From the IMG/VR virus record IMGVR_UViG_3300046315_000155: a stretch of DNA of 20,000 nucleotides; one strand, given 5' to 3'. Made by a program: the position numbers and the translations under genes. The notes below the pieces were generated by a model that was not told the origin of the DNA, ran no database searches, and was given only the letters and a program-made list of their open reading frames with translations. Of this stretch, positions 9,286 to 17,400 are shown one piece after another. How positions within the stretch are numbered: position 1 is the stretch's first letter; each line of letters opens with the position of its first letter. The stretch is from an uncultured virus (IMG/VR IMGVR_UViG_3300046315_000155). Taxonomy: Duplodnaviria > Heunggongvirae > Uroviricota > Caudoviricetes.

Positions 9286-9512
9286 GCGATCGATCTCCAA
9301 TGGGTTTGTAGTCCTTTTAATGACTTTTTGTCTACAAAAGACTGACTAGATAATGTATATACCACCGCTACACATATTACAGAGTATAGTGTTTGGGAGT
9401 TACAATCTCCAGATCTGGATTTTATTACATTAGGTAGCAAGATAGACATACATAATCAGTAGTGCATAATGACGTATCCAATAGGTTTGTAGTCCTTTTA
9501 ATGACTTTTTGT
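9286..9512. repeat. Non-coding repeat block, copy 2 (direct repeat of 7517-7749)
   Basis: Near-identical apart from a 10-bp indel (aatactcttt), a 1-bp indel and a few substitutions. Confidence 0.95.
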
Positions 9513-9857
9513 AAGGGGTTGACCTAGCATTGAGAACGATCGCTCAGTAGACTATTAAATTTAATAATGTGTAGTAGATTTGTAGCCTAATATGTAAGAA
9601 GTTATAGTAGATTTTACCATAAGTCTTACAAAAAGTGGTGTCAAAGTGGTGTCACTTTTGTAGTTTTTGAAATGGCTGAATGTAGTGCTGTGTATGGGTT
9701 TGGAGTGATTTCTATATCCACCCAAACAATACTACAAAATGAATGTTATAACAATTTATTATAACATTCATTAATATTTGATGTTATAACAAATTGTTAT
9801 AATAGAGTGTGCCTACCAAATAATGTAGTATTTTGTGGTGAATTCAGGTACAAAAAA

Positions 9858-9884
9858 ACAGCCGATCTGATTAAGATCGGCTGT
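9858..9884 (-). terminator. GCCGATCT-family terminator
   Basis: ACAGCCGATCT-GATTA-AGATCGGCTGT with an A run. Confidence 0.75.
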
Positions 9885-9894
9885 GGTATTAAAG

Positions 9895-10221
9895 TTAATA
9901 AATATGGTAGCAGATTAGGTCATGATGGTAATCTATACAAAATTCAGACATTATCATCGATAATCGATCTGTCACTTTTTTCCATTCATTGTCATCTGCT
10001 GGAGTCTCATCTAAAACATAGTGTTGGCAATCATTATATTCGCAGTTCCAACTGTAGCTTACATTACCATAATCTAAAGCAGTTTCTACCACATCAGCGA
10101 ATGAGTGTGGTACAATCAATTCGTATGTGTAGTATGATTCATCTGATTCATCTGATTCGTAGTCATTATAGGAATATTCTAGACAATGAGTTAGTAATAC
10201 ATAATGAGTAGAAGTAGTCAT
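9895..10221 (-). CDS. Highly acidic hypothetical protein (cassette gene)
   Basis: 108 aa with 22 D/E versus 3 K/R; GGAG RBS; starts MTTST like 7877-8194. Confidence 0.75.
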   Translation of the reverse strand: MTTSTHYVLLTHCLEYSYNDYESDESDESYYTYELIVPHSFADVVETALDYGNVSYSWNCEYNDCQHYVLDETPADDNEWKKVTDRLSMIMSEFCIDYHHDLICYHIY

Positions 10222-10239
10222 GAGTCGTATCTCCGAAAT

Positions 10240-10326
10240 CTGTTTACTCTTAAATTATAACGAGATATCTAGCAGTCTGCCAGAAGTTAAGCATAATAGC
10301 TTATGTTTCTCACTACAATGTCGTAA
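10240..10326 (-). promoter_or_regulatory. Repeated promoter module, shortened variant (CTGGCA-18-TATAAT)
   Basis: Matches 8215-8275; internal hairpin segment deleted. Confidence 0.7.
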
Positions 10327-10403
10327 TCTGATGGCATAATAGCGGTAATAGAGAAGATAGTAATAGAGTAGTGAGAACGATCGCGTAAATTAAGAACAAA
10401 AAA

Positions 10404-10430
10404 ACAGCCGATCTTAATCAGATCGGCTGT
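10404..10430 (-). terminator. GCCGATCT-family terminator
   Basis: ACAGCCGATCT-TAATC-AGATCGGCTGT with an A run. Confidence 0.75.
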
Positions 10431-10456
10431 GTTATTAAAGGTAATAGATAGTAGGG

Positions 10457-11098
10457 TTATGGTAGTTGAATGTATATACCATTAATATTTTTGAAACAGC
10501 CAAAATTGAGAAGTGTATTATTTAATCCATAGGGTACTTTACGAGATGCTACTATATCTAGATTACACATTGTATCACGAAATTCGGATAAAGTGAATTT
10601 TTGGGTAGTATATGGATATAATTGTAATGTATACCACACAATAAAGTCATGTTGTAGTAAAGTTATGTCACAAGCTGTATCACAGATCGATATGATTTTT
10701 GCAAAATCGATAAAAGTGCTACCATATTCACAAAAATTAAGGACACTTAGAGTTAAGGTTAGTATATCATACTGAGTCATTAGTAATAGATTGTCACTAG
10801 TGTTAAGATCGAGTATTTGTTGGATCTTATAAAATCCATACAATAGATCTATGAATATAGTGGGAGATAGTAATACCTCATCACCTAATATATCGAAACA
10901 TTGTTCTATACGATCTAACTCTGTATTATAGGATTCTGAGACATATTGTAGCATTTTATCTACAAAATGATCGTATGAATTAGTTGTCAGGAAAACATCA
11001 TAAGACTTAGACAAAAGATACATTGTATTTTCTGATGTAGGGTACCCATTAGTGGTAAGAAATAGATTGAAATTAGTTGTAGTGGTTTGAAAATTCAT
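10457..11098 (-). CDS. Hypothetical protein (cassette gene)
   Basis: 213 aa ORF with RBS-like leader. Confidence 0.75.
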   Translation of the reverse strand: MNFQTTTTNFNLFLTTNGYPTSENTMYLLSKSYDVFLTTNSYDHFVDKMLQYVSESYNTELDRIEQCFDILGDEVLLSPTIFIDLLYGFYKIQQILDLNTSDNLLLMTQYDILTLTLSVLNFCEYGSTFIDFAKIISICDTACDITLLQHDFIVWYTLQLYPYTTQKFTLSEFRDTMCNLDIVASRKVPYGLNNTLLNFGCFKNINGIYIQLP

Positions 11099-11152
11099 GT
11101 TCTCTGTTCCCTTAGTGGCGGTTTGCTTGTTATGTTTATATGGTAGCCGATC

Positions 11153-11389
11153 TTAGGATAGATAGGAACGGCCAAATGGCTGATATTTATTAGGGACTAT
11201 ATCATAACTTATATCGGATAAGTGATCTATTGTAGTATGATGTAATTGATTGAATATAGAACTACCATGTATACTAAAAAATATTTCAGAAAGTAATACA
11301 TTATTGATAGTAATTCTTTGTTTATTCCAGGTAGCATAAACCTTTTGTTCGGTAGCTATCATATTTTTAAGTCGGATTAGTGGAATCAT
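11153..11389 (-). CDS. Hypothetical protein (cassette gene)
   Basis: Track start 11419 lies in the promoter -10, so the real start is ATG 11389 or 11362. Confidence 0.55.
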   Translation of the reverse strand: MIPLIRLKNMIATEQKVYATWNKQRITINNVLLSEIFFSIHGSSIFNQLHHTTIDHLSDISYDIVPNKYQPFGRSYLS

Positions 11390-11418
11390 TTGATTAGCGG
11401 CTATTTGTTTACCTCTCA

Positions 11419-11620
11419 ACTATCCCACTAATGCGATCTAATTGCAAGCTATTTTAAGAGATTAAGCATAATGACGTATTGATTACGATAGGTCTAAGCC
11501 ATTTGTGTATCACTACAATTTATACAGTGTCGTAATTAGTAAGGTGATTATGAGTCTAGTTTGAGTGTTTGATTCGTTATAGGGCATTCTGGGCACCTTA
11601 GAGATGATGTTAAGGATCGA
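11419..11620 (-). promoter_or_regulatory. Repeated promoter module (TTGCAA-17-GATAGT)
   Basis: actatcccactaatgcgatctaattgcaagctattttaagagatt... conserved block. Confidence 0.75.
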
Positions 11621-11640
11621 GTAGAACTGCTATAAACCAA

Positions 11641-11668
11641 AAAAGCCGATCTGATGAGAACGGCTTTT
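11641..11668 (-). terminator. GCCGATCT-family terminator
   Basis: AAAAGCCGATCT-GATG-AGAACGGCTTTT. Confidence 0.7.
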
Positions 11669-11696
11669 GTATTATTAAATTTAATAATTTGTAGTG

Positions 11697-12104
11697 TTAT
11701 TCAGCTTCAGCATCATCAGTAGTTGGGGCAATCCCCCCTAATAGTTCATAGATATGGCGAATGCCATAATGAAAATTATTTTCGTCATGATCATAAATGT
11801 CATCTAATGTAATACCACAGCTACCGATACGATATTTATTTAAGTCACTGTAATCTTCAAGTAGTGAGATTGTATTTTGTTGTTCTGATGTGAGTGTAGG
11901 GAATGCTAGTAAAATTGCGGCAAAGATATCGAATAGTGGAGTTATCACATCATTGTAGTAGTATTTCTCACCATTAATAATACAATGCTCATTATCATCT
12001 GGTATGATGCCAGTAAGTAATTGAACGTATTCTAGTAATTCAGTAGCATCATTAAATGCAATAGATCCGTCAAATTCTATAGATTGTAGTTTAGAATGAT
12101 TCAT
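11697..12104 (-). CDS. Acidic hypothetical protein (cassette gene)
   Basis: 135 aa ORF; stop next to CACTACAA and the palindrome. Confidence 0.75.
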   Translation of the reverse strand: MNHSKLQSIEFDGSIAFNDATELLEYVQLLTGIIPDDNEHCIINGEKYYYNDVITPLFDIFAAILLAFPTLTSEQQNTISLLEDYSDLNKYRIGSCGITLDDIYDHDENNFHYGIRHIYELLGGIAPTTDDAEAE

Positions 12105-12169
12105 TGTATTTTAAGGTTAGGTGAGTGAGTAGTTACGGCGATCTGTAATATCAGATCGCCAATAATGTA

Positions 12170-12532
12170 TTATTTTGAAATTTCGCGATATATTACTTTA
12201 TAGATAAGAAAGTGATACATTTTATGTATTTTGTCTTCACTAAATTTAGTCTTGGAATTATTGTTAAGACCGAGTGTATCTAGATAGGTTTCCATCTCAT
12301 TATAATAAATTAAAAATGAGTGAGGTAAGCCATCGAGATAATTACTAAACCGATCTTGCAAGTTGGGAAAATGATGTTTATAATAATCATTATTTGTAAC
12401 TCGTATGAATTCATGCCAAACATAGACAGCCGCAGCAGAGAATGATGGAACAGTACCATCAATAGATACAGATTGTGTAACATGATTCCGTACAGAATCT
12501 AGGACAAATTTACTGTTAGAGGTATTGGACAT
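12170..12532 (-). CDS. Hypothetical phage protein
   Basis: 120 aa; AAGGT RBS; followed by hairpin GGCGATCTG..CAGATCGCC (12137-12160). Confidence 0.75.
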   Translation of the reverse strand: MSNTSNSKFVLDSVRNHVTQSVSIDGTVPSFSAAAVYVWHEFIRVTNNDYYKHHFPNLQDRFSNYLDGLPHSFLIYYNEMETYLDTLGLNNNSKTKFSEDKIHKMYHFLIYKVIYREISK

Positions 12533-12562
12533 TGGTGTTTACCTTGTATGTGTTTCGATTGA

Positions 12563-12613
12563 GTATGTTTACATGGTAGCTGATATGAGGATAGTTACAC
12601 ATCAGCTAAATTG
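12563..12613 (-). promoter_or_regulatory. Hairpin-embedded promoter element (also 11130-11177, 13998-14048, 14350-14398, 14759-14798, 15988-16039, partial 16227-16248)
   Basis: On - strand: inverted repeat enclosing the -35/spacer, directly followed by a TAnnnT -10 and usually GTAAACATAC. Confidence 0.65.
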
Positions 12614-12620
12614 CGGAAGT

Positions 12621-12869
12621 TTAATGAAAAGTAACCATAGTATCTGGACAAAAATCTACCAAATTAGTTGTTATTGTCACTAATTTACTATCATCTGCCC
12701 ATATTTCAAATATAGATGATTCTGCTACATGGTTATAATTAAATATAGTCTCACAAGTATTCTTAGTAGTTGATATCGCATCATCGATACTACCATAATT
12801 ATAGTAGACTGATTTAGATTTGGTATAGTCTGAACAGATTCGTTTAATAAGATACAGTTGAGTTATCAT
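12621..12869 (-). CDS. Hypothetical protein (cassette gene)
   Basis: 82 aa ORF downstream of the promoter module at 12899. Confidence 0.65.
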   Translation of the reverse strand: MITQLYLIKRICSDYTKSKSVYYNYGSIDDAISTTKNTCETIFNYNHVAESSIFEIWADDSKLVTITTNLVDFCPDTMVTFH

Positions 12870-12898
12870 TGTTGTTGTGTTGTTTGCTCGACTTCTTA

Positions 12899-13086
12899 AC
12901 TATCCCACTAATCCGATCTAATTGCAAGCTATTTTAAGAGATTCAGTATAATGGCTTAGAGATTACGTTGTGTCTAAGCCATTTGTTTCCTACTACAATT
13001 TATACAGTGTCGTAATGATTGAGACGAGTACGAGTCTAGTTTGATGATTAGAGCAGTTCTGGGGCATTCTAGCGGTCATAGAGATG
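12899..13086 (-). promoter_or_regulatory. Repeated promoter module (TTGCAA-17-GATAGT, hairpin 12950-12983)
   Basis: Conserved block as at 9027 and 11419. Confidence 0.75.
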
Positions 13087-13116
13087 ATATCTAGATCGGA
13101 TAATCGATCTAGATAT
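13087..13116. terminator. Stem-loop after gene 13129-13968
   Basis: ATATCTAGATCG-GATAAT-CGATCTAGATAT; no clear U-tract. Confidence 0.5.
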
Positions 13117-13128
13117 TAAATTTAATAA

Positions 13129-13968
13129 TTATATAGGTGCATAATCGAGATATTCAAAATTGTATTCGACTATTTCATTGTATGCGTCTTGTATTATGGA
13201 TTTAATGTCATCGCCGTCATATATTGTAATCTCTTGCATAGGATAATCGTGAGTAGTCATGTAGTCTATACCACCACCATGTAATTCTAAGTCATTATAA
13301 CTAGTAGCAACTAGGGTATATATGCCAGGAGTTACATTTTGTATTATGTTATCAATTGTATTTGGGTTAAGATCTTTTTTTGAGTATGGTGGGTTATCGA
13401 TAAAGTATAAAACTACTTCATTTATATTGTCATCAGAAGCATAATTACTATCTTGCAGAGTGAAGTAGTATGATGAACCGCTCCAATGATAAGATTCTCC
13501 GCCACACCATAAGTCAGAAAAATGTAGTATAGCACCATAGATCCGATCTGATACAGTCCAATCTGTATCTTCATGTAGTCGATTTAATGCTTGCTCGATT
13601 ACAGGATAATATGATATATCACTATCATTGAAGTATTCCTTAGAATGTTTTTGTTGCCAGTCATAGTAGTACGAATCACAGATGGTAGGATAATCCTCTA
13701 GATCACATACCAATGCTGCGTTTACTTCGGTAAATTTAAGAAATATTTGATGATGACCATACCCTAAATGTGTTTCATGATAACGATTTGACGCATAATG
13801 TTCCAAAATGTATGATACATTAGCACGCTGTACATCGGTACTATTGTCATAGTCACCGATGCGCAACATGTCAGATGTGATCCACTTACCTTTATTTTTA
13901 GGGCATATCTCCATATTACCATCGACTAAATTGTAAGATTCTGTAATTGATTCGATTGCAGTTGCCAT
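13129..13968 (-). CDS. Acidic, Tyr-rich hypothetical phage protein
   Basis: 279 aa; AGGT RBS. Confidence 0.8.
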   Translation of the reverse strand: MATAIESITESYNLVDGNMEICPKNKGKWITSDMLRIGDYDNSTDVQRANVSYILEHYASNRYHETHLGYGHHQIFLKFTEVNAALVCDLEDYPTICDSYYYDWQQKHSKEYFNDSDISYYPVIEQALNRLHEDTDWTVSDRIYGAILHFSDLWCGGESYHWSGSSYYFTLQDSNYASDDNINEVVLYFIDNPPYSKKDLNPNTIDNIIQNVTPGIYTLVATSYNDLELHGGGIDYMTTHDYPMQEITIYDGDDIKSIIQDAYNEIVEYNFEYLDYAPI

Positions 13969-14064
13969 TTTTGTTTACCTAGTTATGATTCGATTTGGTA
14001 TGTTTCAACTTTAACTGATAGAGTGAGTATTTGTCTATCAGCCAATTGTCGCAATATAGTCTAC

Positions 14065-14328
14065 TTAATCCTCTGAGTATGGGTATAGTTCGTCGTGATA
14101 TAGTGCTAATTTTTCGCAAAAAATGTTTTCAACATAGATAGGATCTGCTAAGTTTTCTATATCGTACGAATCAAATATATGTTGCAAATACTTCATATTT
14201 ATTCCAGGATAAACCGTACATATTTTATGAAAAGACTCAGCTAATGGTCGTGAGTTATGTTGCGTTTCTATTATTTCGCCATCTGCATACCATATGATCC
14301 AAGGATTGATATATTCGGTTAATTTCAT
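14065..14328 (-). CDS. Hypothetical protein
   Basis: 87 aa ORF between two hairpin-promoter elements. Confidence 0.7.
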   Translation of the reverse strand: MKLTEYINPWIIWYADGEIIETQHNSRPLAESFHKICTVYPGINMKYLQHIFDSYDIENLADPIYVENIFCEKLALYHDELYPYSED

Positions 14329-14404
14329 GTTATGTCTCTATTTATTTGTTGTTTACATGATAGCGGATTGGGTTTGGTATATTCAATCCGCCAGATGACT
14401 GAGA

Positions 14405-14719
14405 TTAACAATGAAATACAAAATCTATTTGATGTTTATCTAAAAATTTAAAATTAGCTGGGGATAATTCTAATTGTATTGGTAGTTTATTACAAAATTT
14501 AAACATTGATAGACAAATACTAGTGTTATAAGTTTTAAAGCCGTATACCTTACCAGTAGTCATATATACTGCTATTATGTAGCACCGATCACCATTCTTA
14601 TCGTGCGGACGGGTAAATATCTGGTAAGACACACTATTTTGTTTAAAAAATACTTGTATATCTTCTAATGTAGCATCTTGTGGCAATCCGAAAGTATCAT
14701 TTAATGTTTCAAGACTCAT
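14405..14719 (-). CDS. Hypothetical protein
   Basis: Real start is likely MSLETL at 14719 (AAGGTAAACAAA leader, as for the gene at 13968); track start 14788 lies in the promoter hairpin. Confidence 0.7.
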   Translation of the reverse strand: MSLETLNDTFGLPQDATLEDIQVFFKQNSVSYQIFTRPHDKNGDRCYIIAVYMTTGKVYGFKTYNTSICLSMFKFCNKLPIQLELSPANFKFLDKHQIDFVFHC

Positions 14720-14838
14720 TTTGTTTACCTTTTGTATATGTTTAGATTGACTGATTAGATGGTAGCTGATGTGAGGATATATACACATCAGCCAAATTAC
14801 TTAACTACTGAGATGTTTATTAATAGATAGTATAGGTT

Positions 14839-15109
14839 TTATATTAACGTTTTAATATACAATCGGGAACTATTTAAATAAATTCGGCGAGTGCGAGTAT
14901 AAGTTATATGACCATAATAATCTTTACCAACAAAAGTAATAAATCCAATATCATTGTTGATAGTATAATTTTGTCGGATATGAGTTAGCCACCCATATAT
15001 AAATGATACCCAATTGGACTCTAATTCTCCCCCGATCATAATCGATATTGTCAAAATTAATTGTTGCAGATAGTGAGTAAACGTTAGAGCGGCGTAGGGG
15101 GCAAGTCAT
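14839..15109 (-). CDS. Hypothetical gene, possibly frameshifted (ATG 15109 gives 52 aa to 14951; overlapping frame 15054-14839)
   Basis: Sits directly downstream of the promoter module at 15144; two overlapping frames. Confidence 0.35.
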
Positions 15110-15143
15110 TTTTTATATGGTTCGATTTGTTGCTTACCTCTTT

Positions 15144-15345
15144 ACTATCTCACCAATCGAATCTAATAGCAAGCTATTTCAAGAGATTGGGCATAATGGC
15201 TTAGAGATTACATTGTGTCTCAGCCATTTGTTTTCACCTACAATTTATACATTGTATTTTTGGTGTAGGTGAGATATACCTAAAATCAGTTAGATCCGTC
15301 TTATAGGGCATTTTAGGCACAGTAGAGAGGAGTGAGATCGATCTG
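15144..15345 (-). promoter_or_regulatory. Repeated promoter module (TTGCTA-17-GATAGT)
   Basis: Conserved block with the ATGGCT..AGCCAT hairpin and GGGCATTTTAG box. Confidence 0.7.
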
Positions 15346-15355
15346 GCATAAAAAA

Positions 15356-15379
15356 TAGCCGATCTAATCAGATCGGCTA
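15356..15379 (-). terminator. GCCGATCT-family terminator
   Basis: TAGCCGATCT-AATC-AGATCGGCTA with an A run. Confidence 0.75.
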
Positions 15380-15405
15380 AGATTATTAAATTTAATAATT
15401 GTAGT

Positions 15406-15969
15406 CTATTCAGACTCATAAGTGAAGTTGTCCGATACCCATTCTCTTACATCTGTAGCCACTGAATCAAAAATGTATTCGTTCAAATCTACAGATACTT
15501 CACTTATCAGATAGAATGACAAGTATGTTCCAACTTCCACTTCATCAAGATCTTCAGAATATTGTTGTGCCCAAAAATCATAATTATCAGAGTAGTATGA
15601 AATAAATCCATCACAGGATTTAAAATTACTGTTGAGATACTTTTGGAAGTATTTTTTGTGATATGCTGCATATCCACGTAGATAATTTATGTTATTTCGG
15701 TAGTTCTTTAATGTCACTATAATAGTGTCAGTGACACTATTGTATTCTTTTGGTACGTGACACGACTGAAATACTACATCCCCATCAGCAAATGGTAGCA
15801 ATTTGTCTACTTCTAATGTAATACCGTGTGATATATAATTCATATATAATCCAAAGTCTAGATCGCCTAATAGTTCGTCACCATTGTCGTCTGTAGGATA
15901 TGGTGGTGCCCATATAGTGTCGTATGTGCCAGAAAAGAAAAGAAGCAAAACTACTTTTGTGTCCGTCAT
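15406..15969 (-). CDS. Acidic hypothetical phage protein
   Basis: 187 aa; GAGGT RBS; PKEYN..TD and SCDGFISYYS motifs resemble a recurrent phage hypothetical family (from memory, unverified). Confidence 0.8.
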   Translation of the reverse strand: MTDTKVVLLLFFSGTYDTIWAPPYPTDDNGDELLGDLDFGLYMNYISHGITLEVDKLLPFADGDVVFQSCHVPKEYNSVTDTIIVTLKNYRNNINYLRGYAAYHKKYFQKYLNSNFKSCDGFISYYSDNYDFWAQQYSEDLDEVEVGTYLSFYLISEVSVDLNEYIFDSVATDVREWVSDNFTYESE

Positions 15970-16040
15970 GTTATTAACCTCTATTTAGTATGTTTACATC
16001 ATAGCGGATAGATTCTATGGTTGTCTATCCGCCAATTGAC

Positions 16041-16190
16041 TTACATGTAGTCAAACAAACTACCCAAATTGTCCCTTTTTATAATAGTCAAGTTCCAGAC
16101 TTGATATTTCCACTTAATTTTGCAAAATCCGCACTGTATATCAGACAATCTCCAATCAATCCACGCTACTACACAATTAATAATTTTCAT
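16041..16190 (-). CDS. Small hypothetical protein (49 aa, not in ORF track)
   Basis: MKIINCVVAWIDWRLSDIQCGFCKIKWKYQVWNLTIIKRDNLGSLFDYM; GGGA leader; fills the gap between two hairpin-promoter elements. Confidence 0.45.
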   Translation of the reverse strand: MKIINCVVAWIDWRLSDIQCGFCKIKWKYQVWNLTIIKRDNLGSLFDYM

Positions 16191-16247
16191 TTTTTATCCC
16201 GTCATACATAGTTTAGGTCTAATTAAGTATGTTTACATCATAGCTGA

Positions 16248-16565
16248 TTATTGTATTACCAGTTCGTTTGTGAGTATGGTACACGCATCCACTACACGTT
16301 GTTTGAGCATAACCACCATACTATCGTAGCATCTACTGTTTTTGAAGTCCTCTTCTGACTCATAACTACATGTACGAATTGACTCACTCAAAAAAATCCC
16401 CAAATATGGAAAATCTATACTAACTGTGACGGTACACCATGCCCAAACATTATTATTCCATAATTGTTCCTTAATCCATTGGACAGTTTCGTCGGTACAA
16501 TCCCCAAACTGCCCAGGATCGGTATCGCCATCATACTCTGGTTTAATTAAAATTCTGTAATTCAT
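16248..16565 (-). CDS. Hypothetical phage protein
   Basis: 105 aa; upstream TAGACA-17-TAAAAT promoter (16611-16639). Confidence 0.75.
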   Translation of the reverse strand: MNYRILIKPEYDGDTDPGQFGDCTDETVQWIKEQLWNNNVWAWCTVTVSIDFPYLGIFLSESIRTCSYESEEDFKNSRCYDSMVVMLKQRVVDACTILTNELVIQ

Positions 16566-16663
16566 TTTAGTTCCATTTTGGTAGAATTATGTTTGCTCAA
16601 CTCATATAGTATTTTATTCGATCCGTTCTGAATTGTCTATAGGCTATTTTGAGGAATGTTTGT

Positions 16664-17200
16664 TTATTTACTAGTTAAATGATATCGGTCTAGTATATGA
16701 TGGTGCCGAATAAAATACTCTGACAATGTTTCCCAAGGAAACATTGTGTAATACTCATTTTCATTCAAATACTCAACAAAAAGTAATAATTTTGGTGGTA
16801 TGGAAATATACCTATATAGAACCTCAGCAAGTGTATCTACTAACTCGGTTACACCTATCGTATTATCCGCAAAATCTATTATAGCTTGCGGATCATTGAA
16901 TAATTCTTTTACATAAATTACTCGATTGTCGTCATCTAACTTGAAATATTTTATAATACTAAATTGTTCATCATAGCCATCTTCGGCTATTTCTGATATA
17001 CTAAACCGCATAAATTCGTATTCTTTTTTAATATTTGTGACATAATGTAATAGATCTGCTTTTATTATGTCTCTGGTAATATTAAAAAATTCTTGTAATT
17101 CCGAAATTAGATGAGTGCCGAATGATGGTACGGTAGCGCGAATTCGATAACAATTTTTGGGGAATGACATTAATATGTGCCTGGTAGGAATGTTATTCAA
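16664..17200 (-). CDS. Hypothetical protein
   Basis: 178 aa from TTG 17200, or from ATG 17170. Confidence 0.7.
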   Translation of the reverse strand: MNNIPTRHILMSFPKNCYRIRATVPSFGTHLISELQEFFNITRDIIKADLLHYVTNIKKEYEFMRFSISEIAEDGYDEQFSIIKYFKLDDDNRVIYVKELFNDPQAIIDFADNTIGVTELVDTLAEVLYRYISIPPKLLLFVEYLNENEYYTMFPWETLSEYFIRHHHILDRYHLTSK

Positions 17201-17229
17201 CTTACTATACTAACCTCAATGTTAATACA

Positions 17230-17400
17230 GATATTTGTGTTAGATTTGACATACCTCCCTGTGCTAAAGCATCGCTTCTCTCAGGGATTCCTTTGCGTTT
17301 CTCAGAACAATTGCTACACAATTACCCCGTAAGGGTTACTATCTAGTCTTACCTGCTCTCACCGCACATTTATAGTCGTGCCCATGACCGATGCCGACTT
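17230..17400 (-). ncRNA. Putative TnpB omegaRNA/reRNA; guide begins ATCTAACACAAATATC (17245 downward)
   Basis: Established property of TnpB right ends; hairpins ACCC-TTAC-GGGG and CCCTG..CAGGG. 5' boundary approximate. Confidence 0.6.

Noticed and set aside
9028..9449. ORFs 9028-9300 and 9252-9449 as genes
   Set aside because: They run through repeated regulatory modules whose other copies contain indels; likely spurious.
7527..9512. CRISPR-like or RT-associated repeat array
   Set aside because: Units are 100 bp, the intervening sequence is itself duplicated rather than unique, and no cas or reverse transcriptase motif occurs in the window.
15234..15419. ORF 15234-15419
   Set aside because: Spans the palindrome, terminator and module sequence.
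7820..16600. Canonical integron with attC sites
   Set aside because: Several stops read TAAC, but no consistent RYYYAAC/GTTRRRY pairing is seen. Cassettes carry their own promoters and no integrase is present.
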